A stretch of 64,000 bases of DNA from an uncultured bacterium (lineage in GTDB: Bacteria; Desulfobacterota_D; UBA1144; Nemesobacterales; UBA2774), in NCBI GenBank assembly GCA_963825135.1, contig CAWGRW010000009.1, positions 1,376,001-1,440,000 on the forward strand. The letters are read 5' to 3'. Both the position numbers and the translations under genes were made by a program. Numbering within the stretch: the first letter of the stretch is position 1; each line of letters opens with the position of its first letter. The notes under the pieces were generated by a model, which was not told where the DNA came from, did not search any database, and saw only the letters and a list, made by a program, of their open reading frames with translations. Shown here in pieces: positions 51,083 to 61,288 of this stretch.

Positions 51083-52111
51083 TCATTCCGGCTGCTGCTG
51101 CGTCATGCAGTGCAGAGCGCCCCCTCCGTAGATTATGTCGCTACAGTCTATACCCGCGACTTCGCGTCCCGGGAAACAGCCTCGAAGTATTTGAAGCGCC
51201 TCTCCGTCGTTCTCGTCGCCGAAAGTAGCCGCGAGGACGACCGTGTTGCCCACGTAAAAGTTGGTGTAGGAAACGGGCGCCTTCTGCCCGTCGTCGTAGC
51301 GCACGTGGGGCATGGGCAGCTTGAGGACCTCAAAGGGTTTTCCGTTATTATCTGTCGCACGGGATAATGTTATATGATTTTCTTGAAGCGTCCTGTAATT
51401 CTCATCATGAGAGTCGTCTTCGAAGGCGCAGACGATCTTTCCGGGGGCGACGAAACGGGCGAGCTCGTCGATGTGCCCGTCCGTATGGTCGTTCATGAGG
51501 CCTTCCTTGAGCCAGACTGTTTTTCTTATACCGAGATATTCTTCGAGATACTTCTCTATATCCTCTTTAGTCTTACCAGGGTTCCGGTTCACGTTGAGCA
51601 GGCACTGCTCGGTCGTAATGCATACTCCCCCGCCGTTTACGTCGATTGCGCCCCCTTCGATAATAATCCCGGGCCTCTCGACGCGTAATTTTTTCCACTT
51701 GCCTATTTTTTCCGGGATAGCGGAGTCCTTCAGTAATTCAGGAAACTTGTTGCCCCACGCGTTGAAGAGCCATTTCGTGATCACCGTCTTTCCCGAGCCG
51801 TCTTTAACGAATATCGGCCCCGTGTCCCTGAGCCACACGTCGGCGTAATCCGTGATGTGGAAATGTATCCGGGTCATATCTATACCCGCCGCGGCGAGCA
51901 TCCCGTATGCCCTTTCCTTCATATCCTCGTCCAGCACGAGGAGCTCCGCCGGCTCGCTCACGTGTATTGCATTTAGCATCTTTACGAACGCGGCTTCCGC
52001 TTTTTCGACCCTGCCGGGAAAGGTGACCTCGTCGTAAGGCCAGGCGAGCCATACGGCCGAGTGCGGCTCCCATTCGGCGGGCATTCTGTTTGAGGGCTTC
52101 TTCTCTTTCAT
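51083..52111 (-). CDS. aguA: Agmatine deiminase
   Basis: MPAEWEPH, WLRDTGP, EGGAID, TDGHID, GGALHCMTQQ. Confidence 0.92.
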   Translation of the reverse strand: MKEKKPSNRMPAEWEPHSAVWLAWPYDEVTFPGRVEKAEAAFVKMLNAIHVSEPAELLVLDEDMKERAYGMLAAAGIDMTRIHFHITDYADVWLRDTGPIFVKDGSGKTVITKWLFNAWGNKFPELLKDSAIPEKIGKWKKLRVERPGIIIEGGAIDVNGGGVCITTEQCLLNVNRNPGKTKEDIEKYLEEYLGIRKTVWLKEGLMNDHTDGHIDELARFVAPGKIVCAFEDDSHDENYRTLQENHITLSRATDNNGKPFEVLKLPMPHVRYDDGQKAPVSYTNFYVGNTVVLAATFGDENDGEALQILRGCFPGREVAGIDCSDIIYGGGALHCMTQQQPE

Positions 52112-52121
52112 ATACGGCGGA

Positions 52122-53045
52122 CTATTTCTGACGGAGTGCTTTCTTCATGTCTTTATAATGCTTTACGTCTTTTAATTTTTTGGATTTCTTAACCAGCTTA
52201 GAGGAAGCGAGCTTTTTGTACGTATCCGGCCTACGGTTACGCAGGAACCCCCATCCTTCCGAATAGAATTCGTTCCGCTCGAGGTCGAGCGTCAATATTA
52301 TGGCTCCTTCCTTGGTAGCGGAAGCGCGTTTAAGCACCTTTCCGAACGGATCGCAAACGAAGGACTGCCCCCAGAATTCCATCCTGCCCTCGCGCCCGAC
52401 GCGGTTCACGGCCGCAACGTAGAGGCTGTTTGAGATCGCGTGCCCCCTCTGCACGGTCTCCCAGGCGTCGTGCCAGTCCCCTTCGGCGTCATAACCTGTG
52501 ATGCTGCCTATGGCGGTCGGGTAGAAGATTAGCTCCGCCCCCTTCAGGCGCGCCATGCGGGCGGCCTCCGGGAACCACTGGTCGTAGCATATGAGGACGG
52601 CGAATTTTACGTCCCCGGCCTTAAACACGGTGTACCCCGAGCGGCCCTCTTCAAAATACTCCTTTTCGTAGAATCCGGGGTCCTGTGGGATGTGGATTTT
52701 GTTATACCGGCCGAGAAGCTTACCGTCTTTCCCTATCACGACGGCCGTATTGAAATATTTCCCGCCCTTTTTCTCGTAGAACGGCACCACGAGCGTCACG
52801 CCGAATCTCTTAGCCGCTTTCCTCATCTCGCTCACTGTATGACCCGAGGCGCTTTCAGCGTAGTCGTCTTTCTTCTTTTTTTCCCACTGGGGGAAGTAAG
52901 GCGTCTGGAAGAGCTCCTGAAGGGCTATGATCTCGGCCCCTTTCCCGGCCGCCTGTCCGATCTTCTCGATCGTCCTTGCGACGTTTGACCGGACGTCTTG
53001 TGCGACCCTGCTCTGTATTAGCGCTATCGTAACGTTTTTCATCAA
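52122..53045 (-). CDS. aguB: N-carbamoylputrescine amidohydrolase
   Basis: LQELF, HIPQDPGFYEK, ICYDQWFPE, YPTAIG. Confidence 0.88.
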   Translation of the reverse strand: MMKNVTIALIQSRVAQDVRSNVARTIEKIGQAAGKGAEIIALQELFQTPYFPQWEKKKKDDYAESASGHTVSEMRKAAKRFGVTLVVPFYEKKGGKYFNTAVVIGKDGKLLGRYNKIHIPQDPGFYEKEYFEEGRSGYTVFKAGDVKFAVLICYDQWFPEAARMARLKGAELIFYPTAIGSITGYDAEGDWHDAWETVQRGHAISNSLYVAAVNRVGREGRMEFWGQSFVCDPFGKVLKRASATKEGAIILTLDLERNEFYSEGWGFLRNRRPDTYKKLASSKLVKKSKKLKDVKHYKDMKKALRQK

Positions 53046-53120
53046 AATTACATTACATTTTACTCTGAATATCGGAAATAAAAACCGGCTTCATGCGGTT
53101 TTAACAATTCGGGAGGGGCC

Positions 53121-54446
53121 TCATTTGAGCCATATATAGCGGGCGACGAAGAGCACGGCGAATAGATAAAGGAGCCAGTGCACCCTCTTCCCCCGGCCGG
53201 TTACGACTTTCAGGAGCACGTACGAGATAATTCCGAACGAGATGCCTTCAGTGATACTGAATGCGAGCGGCATCATCACGAGCGTGAGAAAAGCCGGTAT
53301 CGACTCCGTGTAGTCCTCCCACTCTATGTGCGTGATGTTTCTAAACATCATGCTTCCCACGATAATCAGCGCGGGGGCGATGACGGGATAGAGCGTTACG
53401 TTTCCGTCCGTGTGGTACCCCGCCCCGATCATATGCACCAGGGGGCTGAAGAATATCGACAGCAGGAATAGTATCGCCACTACTATACCGGTGAGGCCGG
53501 TCCTTCCTCCCGCCGATATGCCGGAGGCGCTCTCTATATAGCTCGTTACCGTGGACGTGCCGAGCACGGCACCGCCGCATATGGCTATGGCGTCCGACAG
53601 GAGCGCCTGCCTCGCCCTTGGCAGCTTTCCCTCCCTCATGAGCCCGCCCTGCTGGCTCACCCCCGTGAGCGTCCCCACCGTGTCGAAAAGGCCCAGGAAG
53701 AGGAAAACGAATATAACGGTGATGAGGTGCGGGTCCTTAAAAATATTCGGGATACTGAGCTTTAGGAGCGTAGGGGCAATAGACGGGGGCGCCGATAGGA
53801 AGCCCTTGAATTCCACGATGCCCGTGATGAGTCCGGCCGCGCCGGCCGCGAGTATGCCTATCAGTATCGCTCCCCTGACTTTTAGGGCCAAAAGCGCGGC
53901 CATTATAACGAGTCCCAATATGGCTACGAGTGTCGGCGTTGACGTAATGTCCCCGAGCGTCACGTACGTCACAGGGTGCGGGGCCACGATTCCCGACCAT
54001 TCCAGTCCCACAAGCGCTATGAGGAGACCGATTCCCACGGGTATGCCGCTCTTGAGGCAGCCCGGCAGCACGTTCATGAGCTTCTCCCTGAGTCCCACCG
54101 TGGAAAGCAGGATAAACACGAGCCCGGCGACAAATACCGCCCCGAGCGCGTTCTGCCAGGAATAACCGAGCGTGAGCACGACTATGTATGTGAAGTAAAA
54201 GTTGTGCCCCATCGCCGGTGCTATGGCTATGGGGTAGTTGGCCAGTAGCGCCATTAGCACGGTGCCGAGAGCGCTCGCTATGCACGTCGCGACCATTACC
54301 GCGCCCGGGTCCATCCCCGCGGCGCCCATGACGGCGGGCTGGACAAAAATGATGTACGACATCGTCATGAATGTCGTTATGCCCGCGACCGTTTCGCGGC
54401 CGGGGTTCGTATCCTGCTCCTTCAGATCGAACAGTCTTTCAAGCAT
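53121..54446 (-). CDS. NCS2/AzgA-type nucleobase permease
   Basis: TTFMTMSYII, APAMG, FDTVGT, YIESASG, GGRTGLT. Start could also be 54458 or 54476. Confidence 0.9.
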   Translation of the reverse strand: MLERLFDLKEQDTNPGRETVAGITTFMTMSYIIFVQPAVMGAAGMDPGAVMVATCIASALGTVLMALLANYPIAIAPAMGHNFYFTYIVVLTLGYSWQNALGAVFVAGLVFILLSTVGLREKLMNVLPGCLKSGIPVGIGLLIALVGLEWSGIVAPHPVTYVTLGDITSTPTLVAILGLVIMAALLALKVRGAILIGILAAGAAGLITGIVEFKGFLSAPPSIAPTLLKLSIPNIFKDPHLITVIFVFLFLGLFDTVGTLTGVSQQGGLMREGKLPRARQALLSDAIAICGGAVLGTSTVTSYIESASGISAGGRTGLTGIVVAILFLLSIFFSPLVHMIGAGYHTDGNVTLYPVIAPALIIVGSMMFRNITHIEWEDYTESIPAFLTLVMMPLAFSITEGISFGIISYVLLKVVTGRGKRVHWLLYLFAVLFVARYIWLK

Positions 54447-54599
54447 TCGGACAGGCATGGGCGATGAAAATTCCAATTTTCATTATCACACGATGACGAG
54501 TATTATGTCAATCACGGATGCGGACAACGGGAATTATTATTAGCCCCGTAATTGCGGTTATATTCTTCTTGTCTCATTAGGTTCGGCTGTGCGGAGATC

Positions 54600-55346
54600 A
54601 TGCCTCAATATCTCGAAATTCTGATTCTCTTCTTTGTGGGTCTCCTCGCAGGAGCAATCAATGTGATGGCCGGGGGCGGCTCGAGCCTTACCCTTCCCGC
54701 CCTCATTTTCATGGGACTCGACAGCGCAGCCGCAAACGGGACTAACCGTATCGGGATTCTGCTGCAAGGCATGTTCTCCACCCTCTCTTACCGGAAGGAA
54801 AAGCTTTCCGAAATTGAAAAGAGCATCAAGCTCTCGCTGCTGACGCTCCCCGGAGCCGTGCTCGGGGCGCTGCTCGCGCTTAAGATAAGCAACGAATGGT
54901 TCGACAGGATACTGGGTATCGTCATGATCGGGGTAATCATATCCATGCTGATTCCCCAATCCAAACTCGAAATTTCGGCCGGCGGGGAAAGAAAATCATG
55001 GCTCATATACCCGGTCATGTTCGCAATAGGATTCTACGGCGGGTTCATTCAGGTCGGGGTCGGGTTTTTAATAATGGCGGCTCTCTATCACCTTTTAAGG
55101 ATCGATCTCATACACGTGAATATGCATAAGGTCTTCATAACGATGATTTACACGGTACCGACGTTGTTAATCTTTATCTGGTCGGGCAATGTGGACTGGC
55201 TCTTCGGGCTCAGTCTCGCTGCCGGGACCAGCATCGGCGGCTGGTGGGCGGTGCGCTTTTCTATCAAGGGCGGGGAGAGGGTTATCCGCTACGTCATGGT
55301 CCTCGCGATCTTTATCATAGCGTTAAAGTTGCTCGGGATAATCTAA
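54600..55346 (+). CDS. TauE/SafE family membrane protein
   Basis: AGGGS.LTLP, ANGTN, GFYGGF. Confidence 0.85.
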   Translation: MPQYLEILILFFVGLLAGAINVMAGGGSSLTLPALIFMGLDSAAANGTNRIGILLQGMFSTLSYRKEKLSEIEKSIKLSLLTLPGAVLGALLALKISNEWFDRILGIVMIGVIISMLIPQSKLEISAGGERKSWLIYPVMFAIGFYGGFIQVGVGFLIMAALYHLLRIDLIHVNMHKVFITMIYTVPTLLIFIWSGNVDWLFGLSLAAGTSIGGWWAVRFSIKGGERVIRYVMVLAIFIIALKLLGII

Positions 55347-55363
55347 AGGGATATAGTTGTGCT

Positions 55364-55957
55364 ATGGATTTCGGAGATATAGTCGGCAAGATCCGCGCGC
55401 GCGCGAAAACCTTTCCTTATATCATAGCCATCGACGGGACTATTGGGAGCGGAAAGAGCTATCTGGGCAAGAAACTGAAGGAAGCCCTTTCTCCCCGCGC
55501 GCTCCTGATCACAATGGATTTATTCGTTTGCGTCCCCAGGTCGGAATGGGACAGCAAAATCGAGGAGGGAAACATACGCCTCCGCGACTGGTACGATATG
55601 GGCAAGGCCAAAGAAATGCTTCTGTCCATACGGTCGAATAAGACCTTCGAAATATCGGGCATATACGACCTCAAAACCGGAAATATCTGCAGCCGGATCG
55701 AGATCGCCCCGGGAAGTTACAGGTACTTCATTCTGGAAGGGCTCTTTTCTCTCGACGATGAGCTCGACGGGCTTGTTGATTTAGGGATTTTCGTGGATAC
55801 GCCCGCGGACGTTGCGCTCACCAGGGCCGAATCGAGAGACGAATCGAAGCGTAATCTCGACCCTAACGGGTGGATTGAAAAGAAGGAGATATACTACGAG
55901 GGTTACCTGCCCTACATCGATAAGCACAGGAAGAAAGCCGATTTAATTCTGGATTAG
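55364..55957 (+). CDS. Uridine kinase-like P-loop protein
   Basis: IIAIDGTIGSGKS, ILEGLF, RD, KADLI. Confidence 0.7.
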   Translation: MDFGDIVGKIRARAKTFPYIIAIDGTIGSGKSYLGKKLKEALSPRALLITMDLFVCVPRSEWDSKIEEGNIRLRDWYDMGKAKEMLLSIRSNKTFEISGIYDLKTGNICSRIEIAPGSYRYFILEGLFSLDDELDGLVDLGIFVDTPADVALTRAESRDESKRNLDPNGWIEKKEIYYEGYLPYIDKHRKKADLILD

Positions 55958-55967
55958 TGCCGGACTA

Positions 55968-56750
55968 TCAGGGCTTGAAAGCAGGTTCTTCTTTTCCCAG
56001 ATAGACGGACATCGCCCCGCCTTCGACGAATATGGTCTGGCCCGTAATGTAAGAAGCCTCATCCGTCGCGAACATCACGGCAGGCGGCACCATGTCCTCA
56101 GGTTTACCTCTTCTCCCCTCGGGGATTCCCCTCGTCATGTAATCGTCGTATTCAGGGTTTTTGGACGCGGATAGCGGCGTGATCGTGGAGCCCGGACCGA
56201 TACAGTTAACCGTTATGTTGTATTGAGCGAGGTCGACCGCCATCACCCTCGTCACGTTGATCAGCGCCCCTTTCGCCGCGTGGTAGGCGATCGAGATCGG
56301 GTGCATGTCCATGGCGCCCGCAACGGAGCCTATATTAATTATCCTTCCGGGAGTCCCTTGCCTGATCACCTGCTTTGCGAAGCTCTGAGAGAGAAAAAAG
56401 GCGCTCTTCAAATTTATATGCATCATCTTGTCCCAGTCTTCAGGCGTTACGTCGAATACGGCCTCGCGCCTCGCGTAACCTGCGTCGTTCACGAGTATGT
56501 CCGCTTTACCGAACGTATTTACGGCCGCATCCAGCAATTCCCGGTGCTTGCCGAGGTCTGAAACGTCGAGCGTAAAATATGCGGCCTTCCCACCCAGGCC
56601 CTCGACCTCCCTTACCGTGTCCCTGCATGGGTCCTCGTGGAGAGACGCGATTATGACTTTAGCCCCTTCCTTGACGTATCCAAGCGCGATCGCGCGTCCG
56701 ATCCCGGACGACCCCCCCGTGATAATCGCTACTTTATCTTTTAGTCTCAT
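55968..56750 (-). CDS. Short-chain dehydrogenase/reductase
   Basis: TGGSSGIG, YHAAK, VNCIGPG. Confidence 0.92.
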   Translation of the reverse strand: MRLKDKVAIITGGSSGIGRAIALGYVKEGAKVIIASLHEDPCRDTVREVEGLGGKAAYFTLDVSDLGKHRELLDAAVNTFGKADILVNDAGYARREAVFDVTPEDWDKMMHINLKSAFFLSQSFAKQVIRQGTPGRIINIGSVAGAMDMHPISIAYHAAKGALINVTRVMAVDLAQYNITVNCIGPGSTITPLSASKNPEYDDYMTRGIPEGRRGKPEDMVPPAVMFATDEASYITGQTIFVEGGAMSVYLGKEEPAFKP

Positions 56751-56954
56751 CCTGATACCCTCATTCTGTGGTTTGTCGCGGCAATCTTGGAAATTAAAAG
56801 CTCAAACCGGCGTGCCGGCTTTGCTGGTTAAAATATAATCGGCGCCCGGCTAATAAAATTCATACTACAATTGCATGTAAAATGGAAGAGTGAATTGTTG
56901 GTGAGGGGAATAAGATAGGCGAGTGCCATATAATAATTAGCCGGAGAGTGAGCA

Positions 56955-57779
56955 ATGAAGTCTGAGCGTTTCAACATCCTAGGTCGCGAGATTTTTATCA
57001 GATACCGCATAAATCAGAGTGGACGAACTCCGATTTTATTTATTCACGGCATAGGCGAGTCCGGCAGGTGTTTCTTTGACGCCTTCGGCATGCCGAAGAA
57101 ATACGATATTATCGTTCCGGATCTACTCGGTTTCGGTAAGAGTGAGAAGGTTAAAGACCAACCCGATTATTCGTTCTCTTTTCAGATTGACATTCTCAGG
57201 GAGGTGATAGGCCTCTTCGATCTCAAAGATATAGTCCTGGTCGGCCATTCTTACGGCGGCGTGCTGGGGACGTTCCTGTGCAGGGATGATGAGAATGGCG
57301 GGATTAAAAAATTCGTGAACGTCGAAGGGTGCATAACGCGGGACACCTTGGTCTTATCGACGAATGCTGTGACGGCGCTCGGGCAATTCAATCACGGCAT
57401 GTCGGAATTTGGTAATTGGCTCCATGAAGGAGGTTTCAAAAAGATTTTACTTGAGGATAATGAGAGCGCTTCGACAATAAAGTATTTCGATTCCGTAATC
57501 GAGTGTGACCCGGTGGCTTTTGCTCAAGCAGCGGAAGAATTGGTAAGGAGGACCGAAGGCGAGGACGAGTCGGGCAATAATGAAATTTCACTCGCATACA
57601 AGGATCTCGAATTGCCCAGAATCTTCTGTGCCGGAACTAGGCCCGTCATGGATTCTACCAAAGGCTTTCTATCCGGAAATAATCTGGAATGGAAGGAGGT
57701 TAACGTGGTCTCCCATTGGCTGATGCTCGACAGGCGGGAGGAGTTTTATGCATTTTTAGATGGTTACATAAGGGCATAG
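56955..57779 (+). CDS. Alpha/beta hydrolase
   Basis: FIHG, PDLLGFGKS, GHSYGG, C-terminal HW. Confidence 0.85.
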   Translation: MKSERFNILGREIFIRYRINQSGRTPILFIHGIGESGRCFFDAFGMPKKYDIIVPDLLGFGKSEKVKDQPDYSFSFQIDILREVIGLFDLKDIVLVGHSYGGVLGTFLCRDDENGGIKKFVNVEGCITRDTLVLSTNAVTALGQFNHGMSEFGNWLHEGGFKKILLEDNESASTIKYFDSVIECDPVAFAQAAEELVRRTEGEDESGNNEISLAYKDLELPRIFCAGTRPVMDSTKGFLSGNNLEWKEVNVVSHWLMLDRREEFYAFLDGYIRA

Positions 57780-57828
57780 GCTGTGAAGGGCTTCCGGAAT
57801 CGAGTATCATTATTCGGAGAGGTTAGTT

Positions 57829-58779
57829 ATGCGTGTAATAGTTGCCAAACCGAGGGGTTTTTGCGCCGGGGTAGACCGTGCCATCGAAATTGTCGAGCGC
57901 GCGCTCGAGATGTACGGGCCCCCGATATACGTCCGCCATGCGATTGTCCATAATAAGCGCGTCGTCGAGTCCCTCAAGGATAAGGGTGTCAGGTTCGTGG
58001 AGGAGCTCGCGGAGATCGACCGCAAAGGGGCGAAGGTGATATTCAGCGCCCACGGTATCAGTCCAGCCGTTCGAGAGGAAGCGGAGTGTAGGAACCTCGA
58101 CGTCGTCGACGCGGTTTGCCCGCTCGTGACGAAGGTCCATAACGAGGTCAAGCATTACGCTGACATGGGCTACACGATTATCCTCATCGGGCATAGAAAC
58201 CATGTCGAGGTAATAGGTACCAGCGGTGAGGCCCCGGAGAGGGTTCTGGTCGTGGAATCGGTCGCGGAAGCCGAGGAGGTCGTCCTGGAGGACCCTGACA
58301 GGGTCGCCTACGTCACCCAGACAACATTGAGCGTCGACGATACGAAAGAGATACTGGAAGTGCTAAAGAGAAGGTTCCCTAAAATAATGAACCCGTCCAA
58401 ACTCGACATTTGCTACGCCACTCAGAACAGACAGGACGCGGTTAAAGCCCTCGCTGGACAGGCGGATATCATCTTCATCATGGGCTCGCCCGAAAGCTCC
58501 AATTCGAACCGCCTCGTCGAGGTGGCTAAATCGAACGGCGTAAAGGACGCTTATCTCATTGAGGGTGCGGACAATCTGAGAAGAGAGATGTTCCGGAACG
58601 ATATGGTCGTAGGGCTGAGTTCGGGCGCCTCGACGCCTGAGACAGTCGTACTCGAGGTGATTTCCCGCCTCAGGGAATTCGGAGCCGACGAAGTAGAGGA
58701 GTTAGACGGCAAGGAAGAGCACACGAGGTTCCCGTTCCCCGATACGATCCAATTCAAATCGGCTTCCAGGGCCGTATAG
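57829..58779 (+). CDS. ispH: 4-hydroxy-3-methylbut-2-enyl diphosphate reductase
   Basis: PRGFCAGV, IVHN, DAVCPLV, QTT, DICYATQNRQ, SSN. Confidence 0.97.
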   Translation: MRVIVAKPRGFCAGVDRAIEIVERALEMYGPPIYVRHAIVHNKRVVESLKDKGVRFVEELAEIDRKGAKVIFSAHGISPAVREEAECRNLDVVDAVCPLVTKVHNEVKHYADMGYTIILIGHRNHVEVIGTSGEAPERVLVVESVAEAEEVVLEDPDRVAYVTQTTLSVDDTKEILEVLKRRFPKIMNPSKLDICYATQNRQDAVKALAGQADIIFIMGSPESSNSNRLVEVAKSNGVKDAYLIEGADNLRREMFRNDMVVGLSSGASTPETVVLEVISRLREFGADEVEELDGKEEHTRFPFPDTIQFKSASRAV

Positions 58780-58853
58780 TTGATCCCGTTAAAGCGGATA
58801 CGATTAGTAAAGCCTCCATTCGCACAGGTTGATTTTGACCGAGCTTTTGATTC

Positions 58854-59363
58854 TCAATCGCAGGGAACTTCGGTAAGCAATCCTGTTTCAATATCATATA
58901 TAAATCCCGAAACCGTAACGTCAGGAGGGGTCAGGGGATGGTCCCTCAGCCTCTTCACGTCGTCTATTATGCTCTGTATCCTGTCGGTGATAGTCAGCCA
59001 GTTGATGTAATCCCCTTCGCTTGTTTTATAGGATTCTCCTGCTTTTTCCGCCATCATTTCATTTGTGAGGTTCTCTATTCCGCAGCCTGTGTGGTGAATG
59101 ACCAGCCACTCGTTCGTGCCCACGAGTCTGTTGGAGATTATTAGCGACCTGACAGCGTCGTCGCTCGCTCTCCCGCCGGCGTTCCTGACGATATGCGCGT
59201 CCCCCGTTTTCAGACCCGCAAGCCGCATGGGCTCTATGCGCGCGTCCATGCAAGTCAGAATAGCGATTTTCCGCGCAGGGGTTATCCCCATCTTCCCCCT
59301 ATCGCCGAATTCCCTGGCGTATTCCCTGTTAGCGATTAATATTCTTGTTACCGTGTCGCCCAT
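58854..59363 (-). CDS. Beta-class carbonic anhydrase (clade D-like)
   Basis: TCMDAR, RNAGG, HHTGCG. GGAGG before ATG 59363. Confidence 0.9.
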   Translation of the reverse strand: MGDTVTRILIANREYAREFGDRGKMGITPARKIAILTCMDARIEPMRLAGLKTGDAHIVRNAGGRASDDAVRSLIISNRLVGTNEWLVIHHTGCGIENLTNEMMAEKAGESYKTSEGDYINWLTITDRIQSIIDDVKRLRDHPLTPPDVTVSGFIYDIETGLLTEVPCD

Positions 59364-59449
59364 CGCGCCTCCGTTAGAGATCCACGGCGTTGCCGGTCCT
59401 GGATTCCCATACAAATAATTTTTTATAGGTTTTTTTAATACAGTGGTGC

Positions 59450-60565
59450 CTAGTTCAGGAATTCTTTTAAAACGCTGCTTCGCTCGGAACCCGCCAACTT
59501 GGAGAGGGCGTCCTTCTCGATCTGTCTGATCCTTTCCCTGCTGAGGCCGTATTTATCCGCTATCTGTTCGAGCTTGTGGTCGTTATCGTAATCGATCCCG
59601 AACCTCATCTTGAGAACGTCCCTCTCCCTCTCGGACAAAAGATGGAGAGAATTCCGTACCTCTTCGTTTATCGATCTTATAGTCAGATAGAATTCCGGCC
59701 TCTTGGCGCCGGGGTCGGCCGTAATATCCAGATGAGATTTGGAATCCTCATTCCCGGGCAGCAGTTCCAGGGGGACCACGAGATCGTTCCCCTTAAGGAT
59801 CGTGATTACGGCGTCGAGAGGGATATTCACCTCACTTGCTATTTGTTCGGGCATAGCGCTTTTATCGGTATTGCGTTCGAGCTTCGCCTTGGCCCTGTAG
59901 ACCTTGGCTGCCAGCTCCTGGAGATAGACCGGAATCAGGATTATATGGGTCTGCTCCATTACGGCTCTCGACAGAGACTGATGAATCCACCATGATGCAT
60001 AAGTGGAAAACTTGAACCCTTTCGTGTGGTCGAATTTCGTCACCGCTTTCATGAGCCCTATGTTTCCTTCCTGAATCAAATCGGTGAGGGGAAGCCCCCG
60101 CCCGGTGTATTTATTGGCGAGCTCGATTACGAGCCTGAGATTGGACTTGATGAACTTTTCCTGAAAGTGCTTGGACCTTGCAGTATATGATCTGGCGAGG
60201 GCATCGAGAATATGTTCATTCCTTTGCGGGTTCCGGTCACTCGCCCTCGGTTTTTTTTGCAGATGTCCCGCTATTTTTTTTGCCCTGCTTTCGCAAAACT
60301 TTATCTTGGCCGCGAGCACCGCCTCGTCACGCTTGGTGAGAAGGGTCTCATCGTTGAGTTCCTGGAAATAAGCATAAAGAAGTCTGTAATTCTGGTCTGT
60401 TATATCTTTCCCTTTCTTAAAAAACCGGCCTTTTGGTTCTTCCTCCTGCGGTTCCTCTTCTTCATAAGCCGTATTATATTCCTCATCCGAAACGATTTCT
60501 GCGGCAAAGTCCGAATCGTCAAGGCTACTTTCCTCTTCCATATATGCGAGCTGTTTCAGTTTCAT
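59450..60565 (-). CDS. Alternative RpoD-like sigma70 factor
   Basis: NLRLV, DLIQEGNIGLMKAV.KFD, KFSTYASWWI, SRERIRQIE. No region 1.1. Confidence 0.9.
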   Translation of the reverse strand: MKLKQLAYMEEESSLDDSDFAAEIVSDEEYNTAYEEEEPQEEEPKGRFFKKGKDITDQNYRLLYAYFQELNDETLLTKRDEAVLAAKIKFCESRAKKIAGHLQKKPRASDRNPQRNEHILDALARSYTARSKHFQEKFIKSNLRLVIELANKYTGRGLPLTDLIQEGNIGLMKAVTKFDHTKGFKFSTYASWWIHQSLSRAVMEQTHIILIPVYLQELAAKVYRAKAKLERNTDKSAMPEQIASEVNIPLDAVITILKGNDLVVPLELLPGNEDSKSHLDITADPGAKRPEFYLTIRSINEEVRNSLHLLSERERDVLKMRFGIDYDNDHKLEQIADKYGLSRERIRQIEKDALSKLAGSERSSVLKEFLN

Positions 60566-60596
60566 GATATCGCTATTCCCGATACAACCGGAATGA

Positions 60597-60625
60597 TTAG
60601 TATACCTAATATTTAGGTTACCTAA
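60597..60625. promoter_or_regulatory. Tandem palindromic operators upstream of the sigma gene
   Basis: TTAGTATACCTAA (60597-60609) and TTAGGTTACCTAA (60613-60625). Confidence 0.7.
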
Positions 60626-60652
60626 ATAATAATACTAAAAAAAATCATAATA

Positions 60653-61270
60653 TCAATTGAGAGTTTTTTTAAAGTGGGGGCATTCTTTGCAGATTTCTTC
60701 TTCGCTCAAGAGTATGTGAAGGTTTTCACAATAGTGGGGTTTGAGTTCTCCTAAGTCTCTGTCTCTTTTGAAAAAACAACAGTCAGTACATATGTCGCCT
60801 GAAAAGATCAACCCCTTTTCTATGAGCTTATCGGAGATTTTGTGTAAGAGCTGCTCGAGTATTTTCTGTTCCTGGGGCTCGAATTCCTTAACTATTTCTT
60901 CTATCTCGTAGCCTATGTTCTCTATATCCCCGACGACCCTTTCACCCTCGGGCGTGAGAGTTAAATGCACCCTTCTTCTGTCCCCGGGGTCCCTAGATCT
61001 CAATATCAGGTTTTTCTTTTCCAGCGAGTCGATTACACCGCTCGCGGTTGCCGGTGTGCAGGTCAGATACCTGGCTATGTTTCCAATGATGATAGCGTCC
61101 TTTCTCGTATAATTGATGAAGAGGAGGGACTTTACCTGTGCTGGAGTAAGGTGCTCCAGCCTGCTCTTGTCCCAGAATAGGTTCTTTACAGCCTGTCCGA
61201 TATGGAACAGGGTTCTTGTAATCTGTCCGCCTATATTATTCTGCCTGTAAACGGGATCAAAAATAGACAT
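60653..61270 (-). CDS. MarR family regulator with Cys-rich C-terminal domain
   Basis: LTPAQ, DSLEKK.LI.R.RDPGDRR..LTLTPEG; tail CTDCC..HYC..CKEC. Confidence 0.88.
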   Translation of the reverse strand: MSIFDPVYRQNNIGGQITRTLFHIGQAVKNLFWDKSRLEHLTPAQVKSLLFINYTRKDAIIIGNIARYLTCTPATASGVIDSLEKKNLILRSRDPGDRRRVHLTLTPEGERVVGDIENIGYEIEEIVKEFEPQEQKILEQLLHKISDKLIEKGLIFSGDICTDCCFFKRDRDLGELKPHYCENLHILLSEEEICKECPHFKKTLN

Positions 61271-61288
61271 GCAATTTTTCCCTCACAT

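Noticed and set aside
54447..54600. Purine riboswitch upstream of the NCS2 permease
   Set aside because: Short divergent intergenic region with no recognisable aptamer core.
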